This document shows, in pieces, positions 1 to 13,934 of a DNA stretch of 64,000 nucleotides. This stretch comes from the human T2T-CHM13v2.0 reference genome, Homo sapiens. The stretch's first letter is position 1, and every line of letters begins with the position of its first letter. The notes below the pieces were generated by a model. The model was not told where the DNA came from. It made no database searches and was given only the letters and a program-made list of their open reading frames with translations. A program made the position numbers and the translations under genes. The DNA lies in assembly GCF_009914755.1 (NCBI RefSeq), contig NC_060929.1; one strand, 5' to 3'.

Positions 1-111
1 CCAGAATTTCATTACCCCTTCCATGATCAGGCCAGGGTCATCCCTTCATCCCATGGATATGAGTATCTGAGGTCTCATTCTCCCAAGGCAGTCGTTTTGT
101 TTGTCTGTCTG

Positions 112-260
112 TCTGTTCATTTGTTCATTCAACAAATATGTCTCGAGCAAGCCAGGCACTGTGTACTAATCACCCACCATCCTTGCCCTCAAGGAGCTCA
201 CAGTTTAGTTGAAGAAGGATCAACACATGTGAGATGACAGTGCAGAATAAAGAAAGTGTG
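112..260 (-). mobile_element. L2 LINE 3' end fragment
   Basis: ttcattcaacaaata...ccaggcactgtg...tgccctcaaggagctcacagtttagt matches the reverse complement of the L2 3' tail. Confidence 0.7.
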
Positions 261-1769
261 AGTGTGAGTTAGGGTATTAGTCAACAGCAGCACTGGGTGC
301 TTAGAGTGACAGGAGGTCTGGGACCAAGACATATGGAATGGTTGTAAGGTCTGAACAAATTTAGCCTAGTTGTGTTTTTATTTCAGTTGCTGTTGATTAA
401 CACTCTAACTCACACTCACACCTTCTTTATGCTGCACTCTAATCTCACATGTGCTGATCCTTCTAATTGGGCAAAGTTCACTTTAAAGTGCAAGGACATC
501 GAATGCCATATACCCTTGTACGACTTACCCATAGAAGCAAGAAAGGCCTTACCTCCTGTGTTCTTAGAAGCATACTTCTATTAATGCACCCTTAATTTGC
601 AGCAGCCTGGTGGTATAAGAGACAGCCTTGGATAGGTATGCCTGCATTGTAAGCCTCTCATACAAGAGGAGACTTCTTGAGCACTTGGAGACATAGGGCC
701 CTCTTTTCCCTGAGGATTGTTGAAGGAATCTTATTTAAGAACATGAGGGCAAGTGCCTTGTGCGTGTCCCATTAATGAATGCTGCCCGCTCTCAGGTTAC
801 ATAGCAGTGGTCTTGGATGGATTTCAATGTTTTGATCCCTCTTTAAAGAAAGCAACCGCAGCTATCCCAATTATGAATTTGGAAATACCCTTGAGCAGCC
901 GTTGGGGTGAGAGTCGATTGGGCCATTGTGTTATCATTCCACGCATCTCCCAGAGATAGAGACCTGTATAAGTAAAACCATATTTCTGTTTTTTACGATC
1001 CAAGATACCAATCCCAGGACTATCGGGCAGACTCAGGAAGCAGCACATGGGGAACATTCTCAGACTTGGTAAGTAGCTGGCCTGCTGATAGAGGAGATTA
1101 AGGTGCTTTTGATCTCTTCTCCCCTAATGACAATGTCTCTAGTTTTAAAAATGACTGGGGGAAGTCTTTCTTTGAACAGTCAAGAGGCTGCTTCAAAAAG
1201 AGCTCACACTATTTCTAGACAATGTGTCTGGGAAATTATGCTGCTGAATTGTAAGTGGAGTTAGATGAATTTTCCCTTCTGCCCCCTTGAAATCATGACT
1301 TCGCCATTCAGATGCATTAGCTGATGACCCTCAGTGCACCAAGGCTCCCCACTTTCTCCTGGAGTCAGGCCACCTGTCGAGGCTCCAGCCCCTCAGAGGT
1401 CGGCTCTGGACAGTCACACCTGTCTGCATTTGCCCGAGGAGTCATTTGTATGCTTTAGGGCATTGCTTTGCTGCCATACTCTGCAACCTCCATCCAATCT
1501 TGGCCCTCTGCCTGTTATTTTGAGCAGGTAACCTAGGGAGAGGGACCTCCTGAAGACAGCAGAATGATGTAAAGGTATTCTGGTGAGATTAAGTCTGGAA
1601 GCAGCAATTCCTTGTGCAAGATGTGTGAGGGAAAAAAAAATATGTGAGTGTTGCTTTGGCCCTGAATGCGTGGAGAGCTATATGAATTAGTAGAACTCAG
1701 ATGTCAAATCATCAGTGAAAGAAAATCTGGCTTAAGTAAACATTTAACACCTCACTCATGTCTTCATGA

Positions 1770-1950
1770 CATGGAGATTAAGAGTGTGAACCTTAATGTA
1801 GACTGCTTGGGTTCAAGTCCCAGTGTCTCCAGTTATTAGCTGTGTGGTCTTGGGCAAGTCATTTAATTTCTCTGAACATAAATTTCCTCATCTAGAAAAT
1901 AGCATCTAGCTCATTGAATTTTGAGAAATGAAATAATGCATAAATAAAAC
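1770..1950 (+). mobile_element. MIR SINE
   Basis: MIR core: gggttcaagtcccag...agctgtgtggtcttgggcaagtcatttaatttctctg...tttcctcatct. Confidence 0.8.
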
Positions 1951-2231
1951 ACCTGCTTTATCTGCTGTGTGCCCTACCAAATTTTGTTGTTGCTTTGTAA
2001 TTATAATTATTCTAATGTTATTCTAATCCTTGATTGATTGTTCACAAGCTTTTTACCTTACTTACTGTGACTAAGCTCCACATGCAAGGAGCTATGGGAC
2101 AAAGAGGGAAGGATGAGATTTCATTTCAATTTCATTAGAGAAGAATAAATGCACAAAAAGTAAAAGTGTGTTTTAAGGCATATAAATTTATACCAAAAGA
2201 GAGAGATTATTATTAATATTCATATTTAGTG

Positions 2232-5200
2232 GGAGTTTCCACATAGAATATAAAAATGCAAGAGAATGTTGCTTCCACCCTAACAGTAAAACAAACCAGA
2301 CAGTTTATAAAATCACATATTTTTAGGTCTGCCCTGAGGACACAAGGTAATCTAATGAACTAAAATCAAAAGAGTAGCAGCCCCTCCGAGGATATTACCC
2401 TGGGCAGAGCAGCAGGAGGAGGAGGTAACCAACAGAGATAGTAAGAAGAAAACAACTGAAAGTGTAATCATGTTTTAAGAGCCAAGTATGGGCTAGCCTA
2501 ATGGTTTAGAATTATTGTAAAGAGACAAAGGGTGTCTCACTCTTGTCCTTTGGCTTCCACTGAGAGCTTACACAAAAAAATTGGGGGCAGAGTAAAAGGA
2601 TAGACAACTCTCTGTGGTGCAGGACCTGCCTAAGTCTGTAGCAAGAGAACTAATAAAAACCCTCCCATGCTCATGACCTTTTGTGAGTAAGAGGCAGAGG
2701 TTATCTGCCACTGGAAGTTCTGGGAGGTGCATGCCTGAGGTAGAGGTATACAAGGCCTGCCCAACACTAAGGCTAGGGCAGGGAAACCAAGAGAAACCCT
2801 CATGGACCATGCATGGGCAAGAGTCAGTGGTTATCTGCTGCTGAGAAAGGGGCAGAAAACCAGGTCTTACTCAGGATCTTGCACCGAGTATAAGGCAGCT
2901 GTTATCTGCTACTGGGTGAGGGCCAGAAACCTGCCCAAGCTCAAGGTTCTGCACTGAGTGCGAGATAATGTCACGTAGGGGAGAGAGAGGAGAGTTAAGA
3001 GTGATCCTCTCTAAGGCCCAGGTATGTAGGGCTGCCTAAATAAATCCTTCTGAATGCTGGGCCTTGCATTAGGCACCAGATGGTAGTATAACAGTAGGAG
3101 AGGGGCAGGAATGTTGAGAGACCTCTTCTACAGTGCAGAGCCTGCTGAAGTCTAAGGTGGTACGGGAGAATTGAGAGAAACTCTTTATTACACTAGGCTT
3201 CATGCTAAGTGGGGGCCAGCAATAGTCCACCAGTAAGAGAATCTGAAGATTGTAGTGCATTGAATGTAACTAAAACAATAGCACAGTCCAAACCCAGCTC
3301 AAATACAGATTAGATACTAATTCAGCTTCCTGCATCAACAGACTGATAGAGGAAGACAATTCTCCATTTTTTGGTGTATTTGCCTCATTGCTACTATTTT
3401 TTACATACAATGTGTTGCATTCAATATAAACTTACCAAACACATACACACCCCCAAACAAATGAACAATGATATGATCACTTGTCAAGACACAACATAGT
3501 CAATAGAACGATCAAAGTTGGCCCAAATGTTGCAATTATCAGACAGGGACTGTAAAGTAGCTAAGATAAATATGCTAAAGGATCCAGTGGGAAAAAGGCA
3601 ACATGGGGATTTTCAGCAGAGGTATGAAAACAGTATAAAAAAAGATCTAAATAGAAATGCTAAAAAATAGAAAACATGATGTCAGACATGAAAAATGCTG
3701 TCAATGAAATTATTAGAAGATTGGATACAAGAGAAAAAAACTTAAAGACACATCAATAGAAATGATCCAATCTGAAACAAAGAAAAAAGAATAAAAAATA
3801 GTATCTGAGTTCTATGGTATAATATCAAATGTCTTATATATAATTAGAGTCCTAGAAGAAGGTGAGAGAAAACATGAAAGAAGAAATATTCAAAGATAAA
3901 AGAATAAAACATTTTCTAAAACTAAAGAGTAAATATATGCCTTATCAAGAAGCTTAGAGAATCCCAAGCAGATTCAGTCAAATTGCTGAAAACAAAGGAT
4001 AAAGTATGTCAGTTTCAGCATGCTACCGGAAAAAACAAAAGATCTTGTCAACCTATAATTCTATATCCAATAAAAATATCATTCAAAAATAAAAGTGAAT
4101 TGAAGATATTTTCAAGCAGAAAAAACCAGAAAGAAGCCATCTCCAGGAGATGCTAAAAGGAGTTCTGTAGGCTGAAAGAAAATGGAAGTAATAGAATATT
4201 TTTTTGAAAGCAAACTGTGATGAATTAAAGATAAAGATTACAGTCACTAGAGAAATCACTAAAAATAATTCAGAGGCATGACTAAAATGTCAATAGAGGA
4301 GCTAAAATGAAATACTAAAAATACGTTTCATCCTAAAAATAATAGGAACATAAAAACAAAGAGCATAGAAGATAAAAACCAAACCAAAATTTGGTTTAAA
4401 ATCAAAATAGATGAATAATTGCATTAAATATAAAGGGACTGACCTTCCCAATTAAAAGGCAGAAATTGTCAGACTGGATAAAAATGCAAGACTCAACTAT
4501 AGAAATACACTTTAAATATAAAGACACAAACAGGTTGAAAGTAAAGTATTTGAAAAAGATAACCTGCAAATACTGTGCATAAGAAAACAGGTGAAACTAA
4601 TATCAGGTGAAGTAGACTTCAAGTTGATAAAAAGATATAAGAAACAGAATGCTATTAAGGGCTTAATTAATCAAGAAGACATAAACATCCCCAAAGTTTT
4701 TGTACCTAATATCAAAGTTCCAAAATACATGAAGCAAAAATTGATAAAATTAAAGGAAATTATACATATCCAATCATAGCTGAAGAATTTAATATACCCT
4801 CTCTCAGTAATTAATAGGCTGAAAAACTAGTTGAGTATATGGAAGAGTTGAACAACACTGCTGATAACCTGATCTAATTGACATTTTTAGATTACTCCAC
4901 CTAACAGAAGCAAAACACACATATTTCTCTAATGCATGTGAAGCATTTCTCAAAAGAGATCATGAACTGGATCATAAAACAAGTCTCCATAAACTTCTTA
5001 GATTGAATTTCTAAGTATATTCTCTGAACACAATGAAATGTAAAGTGGAAATCAATAACAATAAGATACCTAGAAAAATTATTCGAATGTTTGGAAATTA
5101 AACAACACATGACTAAATAAACCACAAGTCACGGAAGAAATCATGAGGGAATTTAGAAAATATCTTAAATTTACTGATAATGAAAATATTTTGATAATGA

Positions 5201-6451
5201 AAATCAAAATTTGATAACAATGATGAAAATCAAAATCTTTGGCATACACAAAATTTAAAGGGAAATGTACAGCTTTAAATGCTCATATTAGAAAATAAGA
5301 AAGGTATAAAATCAATGACCTTTGCTTCCACCTTAAAAAGCTAAAAGAGATGAGTTAACTAAACCATAATCAGAGTAGAAAGCAATAAAGTAGGAGACAA
5401 ATAATCAAGAAAATCAGCAAAAACTGAAATTGGTTTGCTAAAAAGATTAATAAAATTGATAAACACCTAGGAAAACTAATGAAGGTAAAAGGTCAGAAGA
5501 TACAAATTACCACTATGAAGAATAAAAGAAGGGACATCACTAAATAGCCTACAGACCTTAAAAGGATAATGTAGTCATATTATAAATAACTTTATGACAA
5601 TTAATTCAATGATTTGGATGAAAGGGACAAATTCCTTGAAAAACATAACTTAAAAAATGGACCCAAGAAGAAATAGGAAATATAAACCCTATAGTCATTA
5701 AATAAATTGAGTTTGTAATTTAAAAAACTTCCCACAAACAGAAATCTAGGCCCAGCTAGTTTTCTCTGGCAAATTATTTCAAATATTTAAGGAAGAAATA
5801 ATATCAATTCTACACCAAGTCTTTTAGAAAATAGAATATTAGAGAATACTTTCCAACTCATTCTATGAGGCTAGAATTATCTTGATACCAAAATCATACA
5901 AGGAAATTATAGAAAAGAAAGTTATAAACCAAAGTTTCTCATTATCATAACTAAATCTTTGATAAAAATCCTTAACAAAATATTAACAAATAAAATCCCA
6001 TAATATAAAGAAAAAGATAAAGTAGGGTTTATCTCAGGAATGTAAGGTTGTATAACATTTAAAAAATCAATATAATTTACCACATTAACTTATTAAAGGA
6101 GAAAAATTATAAGGTCATTTTGATGTAGAAAAAGCAATTGACAAATCCCAACATCCGTTCTAGATAAGAACTCTCAGCAAACTAGGAATGAAGAGTCTTT
6201 TTTCAATCTGCCAAATAACATCTACAAAAAACCTATGGCTGACATACTTATTGGTGATTGAATGCCTTCCTCCACAGATTGGAGACAAGGCAAGGATGTC
6301 TCTCTTACAACTTTTATTCAGCATTTAACTTGGAGTCTTAGACAAAGCAATAATATAAGAAAAAGAAATAAAGGATATATAGATTGGGAAGGAAGATGTA
6401 GAATTGTCTTATAAGTGACATGATTTTGTACAGAGAAATTCCTAAGGAATT
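2232..6451 (+). mobile_element. Old L1 (L1M-type), 5' part: 5'UTR, decayed ORF1 and ORF2 EN/RT
   Basis: A-rich L1 sense sequence. ORF 4591-4779 gives EN-like KGLINQEDINIPKVFVPN...PKYMKQKL. Many stops and frameshifts. Continues at 8198 after a nested insertion. Confidence 0.85.
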
Positions 6452-8197
6452 CTTAACTTTAAAAAAAATTATTTTAATTTTTGTGGGTACATAGTAGGTG
6501 TATATATTTATGGGGTACATGAGATGTTTTGATACAGGCATACAATGCATAATAATCATATCATATAAAATGGGGTATCCATCCCCTTGAGCATTTATCC
6601 TTTGTGTTACAAACAATCTAATTATACTCTTTTAGTTTTTTTTAAAATGTACAATTAAATTATTATTGACTATAGTCACCCTGTTGTGTTATCCAATACT
6701 AGGTCTTATTCATTCTAACTATTTTTTGTACCCATTAACCATCTTCACCCTCCCCTACCCTCCCACTACTCTTCTCAGCCTCTGTTAACCATCTTTGTAC
6801 TTTCTATCTCCATGAATTCAATTGTTTTTATTTTTAGATCCCACAAATAAGTGAAAACATTCAATGTGTGTCTTTCTGTGCCTGGCTTATTTCAGTTAGT
6901 GTAATGATTTCCAGTTCTATCCATGTCATGTTGTTGCAAATGACAGAATCTCATTCTTTTTTTTATGACTGAATAGTACTTCATCGTGTATCTGTACCAC
7001 ATTTTCTTTATCTACTCATCTGTCGAGGGACTCATAGGTTGCTTCCAAATTTTGGCTATAGTGAACAGTGCTGCAACAAACACGGGAATGCAAATATCTA
7101 TTTGATATACTGATTTACTTTCTTTTGGGTATATATACCCAGCAGTGGGATTGCTGGATCATATGGTAGTTCTATTTTTAGTTTTCTTGAGGAACCTCCA
7201 AACTGTTCTCCATAGTGGTTGTACTAATTTACATTCCCAACAACAGTGTATAAGAGTTTCCTTTTCTCTACATCCTTGCCAGCATTTGTTACTGCCTGTC
7301 TTTTGGATATAAGCCATTTTAACTAGGGTGAGATGCTATCTCATTGTAGTGTCAATTTGCATTTCTCTGATGATCAATGATGTTGAACACTTTTTCATAT
7401 GACTGTTTGCCATGTGTATATCTTTTTTTGAGAAGTGTCTATTCAGATCTTTTGCCCATTTTAAAATCAGATTATTAGAATTTTTCCTATAGAGTTGTTT
7501 GAGCTGCCTATATATTCTGGCTATTAATTCCTTGTCAGAGAGTAGTTTGCAAGTATTTTCTCCAATTCTGTGGGTTGTCTCCTCACTTTGTTGATTGTTT
7601 CCTTTGCTGTGCAGAAGATTTTTGTCTTTATATGATCCCATTTGTCCATTTTTACTTTGGTTACCTGTGCTTGTGGTGTATTACTCAAGAAATTTTTGTT
7701 CTGACCAGTGTCCTGAGGATCTTCCCCCATGTTTTCTTGTAGTAGTTCCATAGTTTGAGGTTTTAAATTTAAGTCTTTAATCTATTTTGATTTTATTTTT
7801 GTATATGGCAAAAGATAGGGGTCTAGTTTCATTTTTCTGCATATGGATATCCAATTTTCCCAGCACCATTTATTGAAAAGACTGTCTTCCCTGTTTATGT
7901 TCTTGATACCTTTGTCAAAAATGAGTTCTCTGTGGGTGTGTGGATTTGTTTCTGGGTTCTCTATTCAGTTCCATTGGTTTATTTGTCTGGTTTTATGCCA
8001 GTACCATGCTGTTTTAGTTACAATAGCTCTGTGGAATAATTTGAAGTCAGGCAACGTGATTCCTCTAGTTTTTATTCTTTTTGCTCAGGATAGTTTTGTG
8101 ATTCCATATATGTTTTAGGATTGTTTTTTCTATTTCTGTAAAGAATGTCATTGGTATTTTGATAGAGATTGCATTGAATCTGTAGATTGCTTTGAGT
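6452..8197 (-). mobile_element. 5'-truncated L1MA (L1MA1-3-like) nested in the older L1
   Basis: Typical L1MA 3' end (tttgtgggtacatagtaggtgtatatatttatggggtacatgag). ORF2 C-terminal peptides in ORFs 7336-7751. TSD ttcctaaggaatt (6439-6451) / ttcctaagggatt (8198-8210). Confidence 0.9.
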
Positions 8198-9975
8198 TTC
8201 CTAAGGGATTAAAAAAAAAGTAGAACTAATAATTTATTTTTGCAGTGTTGCAGGATATAATTAAATTATAATTCCATATGTTAGCAATGAACAATTAATT
8301 AACAATGAAAATGTCAAAATAGTAATTGTAGCATAAAAATTCAGCTACTTAAGGATAAATTTAATGAAAGATATGAAAGACTGGAAACTATATAATGTTG
8401 ATGAGAGAAATTAAAGACCTAAATAAATTAAGAGATATAACATGTTTATGAATTAGAAGACTCAACATTAAGATGTCACTTCTCCCAAACTGACCAATCC
8501 TAAATAAAATCCCAGCAAGCTTTTATCTTGGACAAAATAATTTTAAAATTTATATGAAAAGGCAAAGGACCTAGGATAGCCAAAGCAATATTGAAAAAGT
8601 AGAGCAAATTTGGAATATTTACCCTACTTCACCACAAGACTGACTATATAACTACACTAATCAACACAGTGTGGTATGGATGAAAGGATGGGTTAAAAGA
8701 CAAATGGAACAAAATAGAGTCCATGCATAGACCCAAGATATATGGGAAAGTGATTTTTGACAAGGGTGCCAAAGAAATTCAGTAGTGAAGGAAAATCTTT
8801 TCAACAAATGGTACAGAAACAACTAGATATTAATTTGAAAAAAAACTTTGTTCTTACCTCTAATAATATAGAAAAATCAGTTCAATATGGGTCATTGATC
8901 TAAATGCAAACACTAAAGTGATAAAATTACTAGAAAAAAACAGAGTATTTTTGTAACCTTGAGGTAGCAAAGACTTCTTAAAGAAATCATGGAAAGTACA
9001 GGCCATAAAAGCAAAACTTGATTAACTGGGTTTCAATAAAATAAAATCTTTCTGCTTATCAAAGACACTGTTAAAACAAATGAATAGGCAAGCCACAGAT
9101 TTGCCAACACATCTCTGACAAAAGACTTCCATTCGGAATACATAGAGAAATTCTTGCAACTCAACAATAAAAAGACAAACAATGTAATTAAAAATTGCAA
9201 AACAACTTGGATAGAAATATCATTAAAGAAGATATACAAGTGGCCAATACACACAGGAAAAAGTTTTAAACACCAACTACTAGATATCAGGGAAATGCAA
9301 ATTAAAATTATAGTTAGTGACCACTAGATATCAACTAGAAGTTGGTTAAAGTGAAAAAAACTGATGACACTAAAAGTGGGAGAGGATGTGGAGGAACTGG
9401 AACTCTTATGCATTGTTGGTGAGAGTGTCAAATGGTATAACCAGTTTGGAAAACTAATACTTCCTTTAAAAGTTAAAAATACACTTACCTATAGCCAGCA
9501 TTTCTATTCCTAGGTATTTACATGAGAGAAATGAAAATATATTTCCACAAAAATCCTTGTATAAGAATGTTCATAGCAGTTTCATTCGTAAAAATCGAAA
9601 ACTGGCAAACGGCCCAGTTGTCCATGAGTGAGGAATGGATAAAGACACTGTGGTTTAGTCATGCAACAGGATACCAAGCAGTGTAACAGAATGAACAACT
9701 AATACCATCATGGATGAATCTCAGACATATGATGAGTGACATAAGCTGCATATGAAAATGTGCATACGATGGGATCCATTTATAAGAAAATCCAAACTAG
9801 GAAAAACTAACCTACGATGACAGAAATAAAACCAGTGGTTGATTCTGGGGATAGGAGATTGCCTGGGAAGTGTGAGAAATGTCCTGTGGCTTTATGTGTA
9901 TTCATCAAAACTGTTTGATCAGAACACTTAAGACCTGAGCACTGGACTTTATATAAATTATACTTTAATAAAAAA
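8198..9975 (+). mobile_element. Old L1 (L1M-type), 3' part: ORF2 C-terminus and 3'UTR
   Basis: Resumes the host L1 after the TSD and ends in ...aaattatactttaataaaaaa, typical of L1MC/MD/ME 3' ends. Confidence 0.85.
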
Positions 9976-10299
9976 TGTGAGATAAAAGTCATTTCTTTCA
10001 CTGGACTTCAAATCACAATTAACAAATTTGAAGTTGCTACACTTAATATAACCGATGATGTAACTATCATAGTATGATGGACAAGTGCTAGGATAAAACT
10101 ATTAGAAGCCTAATTCGAAATATTGAATGAAGGCTACATGCTTTAAAGAAATCTATCCTCCAGAAGCACCTGTTCTTGAACCCAAATCTGCCCATTCAGC
10201 CTAAGCTTTCAGGGAAGTCAGGGCAGGTAAGGATTGGGCCCCTGCCTGCCTCGTGACACGTGGGCAGGGTGTCCGTCTTGGCTGTGGGGCAGCGGTCAC

Positions 10300-10880
10300 A
10301 GCCATAGCCACGGATACGAGCCTTAATGGTATCTGTTAATTATCTGCTTCTAAATCTGGAGTTTATGAAATGCTCTTCACTAGACTTCAAAAGCTGGGAG
10401 TCATCCCGGTTATCTATTCAAGAGCCCAGCTTATCCCTCTCTCTCAGTCTGTGACATCAAAGACTTAGTTTCATTGCAAAATTGTCTGGCACGATGGCAT
10501 CAGGTCGGCTCCCCTTTGAAAGGGTTTGGAACACAGTGATGAGTCAGAGCTCCTCCGAGGAGCACCTGACCCACCCGCTCTCCTCCGCGTGGGCTTGGCC
10601 CAGGGAGACCCGGCCAGAGGCCTCGCTGATGTGGACGTGGGATTCATTTGGCTTGGCTCTGCTAGGATTTGGAGCAAAGCTCTCCTGCTTGCCTATAGGG
10701 AGAAAACCTCTCAATCTAGGCCTGGGAGGGTAGGGTTTATTTGCTTGCTTTTAAAATTTTATTTATTTATTTATTTTTGGTCACTGGTAATAATTTTTGG
10801 GGGTGGCGGGGGGGATGAAACTATACGCCTTTCTTAAACTGCCGGAGCATGACCAGGAAGGGTCAGCTTTGATTCTGGTC
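10300..10880. promoter_or_regulatory. Candidate enhancer with a TCF/LEF motif cluster
   Basis: Unique sequence with ACATCAAAG (10454-10462), CCTTTGAA (10513-10520) and CTTTGAT (10867-10873), plus a local CpG-rich patch. Function is inferred only. Confidence 0.35.
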
Positions 10881-11339
10881 TCTCTTTTCACCCTTTTATT
10901 TGAATGCCATGAGGACATTTCCCTATCAGGTTGTTAGGTGAGAATCTATTTCTGTTTTTTCTGCTTTCCTTGTTTTCTTTGCTAGAATACATTTTGTCCT
11001 CCTAAAGTAATACAAATGTTAATGTGTATACAGGTTTTTTGAACTAAGGATATTAGTTGAATTTATTTGCTGACAAAAATAATGAAAGGTCGCTTCCCAA
11101 TTGTTTCTGTACTCCCTGGTAATTTTGGAAGTTAAAATGCTGTGTTGTCACTTCCCAGGCTAACAAGTCTCATCTCACTAAATCATGCCACAGATGCGAA
11201 GTTTCAGTTTAATTTGAATCCTGGTACTGTGCTTATGGAGGTAAATGAAGACCCTGGCTTTGTAAATCTTCTTTGTTTTTCCACTTTTATTTTTAAGTGT
11301 AGCTAGATACAAAGTTTACGTCCATTTAGCTGACCTTTT

Positions 11340-11950
11340 CAACAGTAAGAGCTATTTTATAAGGCAGCAGAAGTGAAAGTTATCAGTGCGGCTGGGTAAT
11401 GTAAAGTATTTATGAATGAATGTGCAAAAAACAATCTGGGGGTGTAAAATGTGGGGCTGGGCTCGAGCAGACCCGCTTGTGACTTGAGCCCTTCTTTGCA
11501 GTAAAGCATAATTCATGCTGCTGTTAGCCCTTAAAACAGGAAATAATATACCCATTTAACTTAATCACAATTTATATTACATGTGCATATTTCTAAACAA
11601 ATGTTGTAGATGGAGAGTTTGGTAGCAATAATATTTATGAATTACACTTTTAGTTAGCAAAGGAAATGTGTGACCTCTTACATTTGGTTTGACATTTGAA
11701 TTTGGTGTTCAGTGTATTTGACAGGAGTGATGGATTCTCATTAGCTCAATGTATAAACAGGAAATGCTTCCTCGGTGAATAGTTATTAATGTAGGACATC
11801 CCTGAATTTGAATTTTCAGTTGCTTATTCTGGTCCAGACTGTGACATTTATTTAATTTCTTTCTTAAAAAAAAAAAAAAGAAATGCATGGCATTAATTTT
11901 GTGTGTAGCAAACCTGAACAACATATGAATGTCAAGCTCTGAAAAACAGA
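11340..11950. promoter_or_regulatory. Candidate conserved non-coding element / enhancer (PBX-HOX plus MEIS)
   Basis: Repeat-free AT-rich block with TGACAG (11719-11724) 3 bp from TGATGGAT (11728-11735) and many TAAT/TTTAT cores. Confidence 0.45.
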
Positions 11951-12799
11951 AAATTGTTCACGAGTGGGGTGGCAGGCGAGGCTGTTGAAGGCTTAGACGA
12001 AGGGAGCAGCCCTGGCCGCAGACAGCCCCCATGTGGACTCGCAGTTGCTTGCCTTAATTTCTAACTAAGATAACCTACAGGAATTAGAACATGACGTGGG
12101 GGCAGATTTGAGTAAGCTCATACTTAACCTTTACCCGCAGCAGGATTAAAGCAGTTCGTGCAAAACGGGATCAGAGCAAATTTGCAATGTAGCTTGAGAC
12201 AGCAATTTTATTTTGAGTTTTCTGCACTAGCTTGGTACTCTGTGACAATACCAAAAACACAGGATTCGGGGTGTGGGAAAGCTAGAAGCATCTGACTTCT
12301 AATGGGAATGAGGAGAAACCAGGCCAGTTGGCTGCCGTCCGCCATGGGCCCCGGCCCGTCCCCAGCCCCTTCTGAGTAAAGCTTAGAATCTAATTAGAAG
12401 TCAGTTAGAAACCCGGAAAGTGAAGCTGGCAGGCCCTTAATCTGAATTTCAGGTCTTCAGAGAAGGAAAGTAGCGTTTTTATTGTTGGAGGTCAAAGTTT
12501 AAATTTAGTTTATATCAGATTACCAAAATATGCTTTCGGTAAGGTTAGATTCTCATGCTTGGAGAGAGTGGGTCTGTAATGAAAGCAAACAGGGCGAGAA
12601 ATAATCCCATTACAGATGAACTCTTCACTTGAACCTCAAACATTTGGGAACCATAATAACACCATCTCGGCAGGAAGATAAAGGCTGGACAGGCAGGAGC
12701 TGGGAAGGAACCTCCCGACCACCCGGTTGAACATGATCCCTTCCCACCCCGCCACGCCTGGGCCTGGCTTGATCTTAGAGCACTTAGGTAAATGACTTA

Positions 12800-12955
12800 T
12801 TTATTAATTAGATTTTCTTTCTGCCTCCTCTGCTAAAATTTAAGCCCTGAAAGGCAGGGATTTTTGTCTGTTTTCTTCACTGCTACCTCATCACTGTGAA
12901 GATCACAGCCTAGCTCACAGGAAGCACTTGCTAAATATTTGTTGAATAAATGAAG
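12800..12955 (+). mobile_element. L2 3' end
   Basis: ggcagggatttttgtctgttttcttcactgct...aaatatttgttgaataaatgaa. Confidence 0.8.
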
Positions 12956-13934
12956 GGATCTTGGTACCTCTGAGCAGAAAGCACACATTTTTAAAGCCAA
13001 AGATTTTGAAATTAAGAGAGAGAGCCAGTACTTTGGTGTTTTGGGAGAAGCAGTGAGTGCCTCGGAGGGAAGACGGAGCCGTCACTCTCGTGGGTTCTGG
13101 GAGGGAAGCCACAAGTCTCATATTGGGGATTGCCAGCTCGGAGTCCATGAGCAGATTTTCCTTGCATGGGGCTTAATGCTGAGTGGACACTCAACACTCT
13201 GGTTTTGAGCTAGAATTTATAAGGGGGTGGTTTGGACGAGCCCTCTATTGTGTGTGCCTGGGAGCTCCTGTCTGTCTTTCCTGCACCCTCTTAGGACAGT
13301 GAAGGGGCGCAGGCTGAGCAGGATGAAGTGAATACCTCCCGTTGTGAACTGGAGATGGGGAGGGAGCTGGGGGCATGATTCTCCTGGGTATTCACATGCA
13401 CTGTAGCAAGGAGGCCTGTCCGCTTCCTGGTTAGGAATGAATAATCTGAAGGCTGAGAGACGGGACTGGCAGGAAGGGGATGAGTCTCACTTCATGGCTG
13501 GCCTTGCTGTTCCTGAGCAATCTAGGATCAAAACCCCACCAAGACATTCCTGGGCTTGAAACAAATAAACCGCCATGCTTTTCACTAAGGATGTGCTTGT
13601 GGGAAAACTGTCCTCTTTCCTCATTCCTCCTTTAGAAATCACGTGTGAAACAGACGGCTTGCTTGTGCCTCCGGTGAAAATAATTTGCAAACTCTCCCCT
13701 TTCCTCCTTCCTCATTGAAAATGACGCACAGCCTGCCTGCCCTCTTCCATAGTTCAAATACTCTCTTAAGAATATTGCTGTGGGTCACTATTTTCTTTTG
13801 GTCCCCAAAAACAAAACATTGTTTATCAGTCTTGTAACCCCCAGATTCCACCTCTTACTTCCCAGACCCTGGTGGTAGTATCCGTCTGCCAGAGACCAGA
13901 GAGAAAAGTCAGAGGTTTCAGCTGCAAAGACCAA

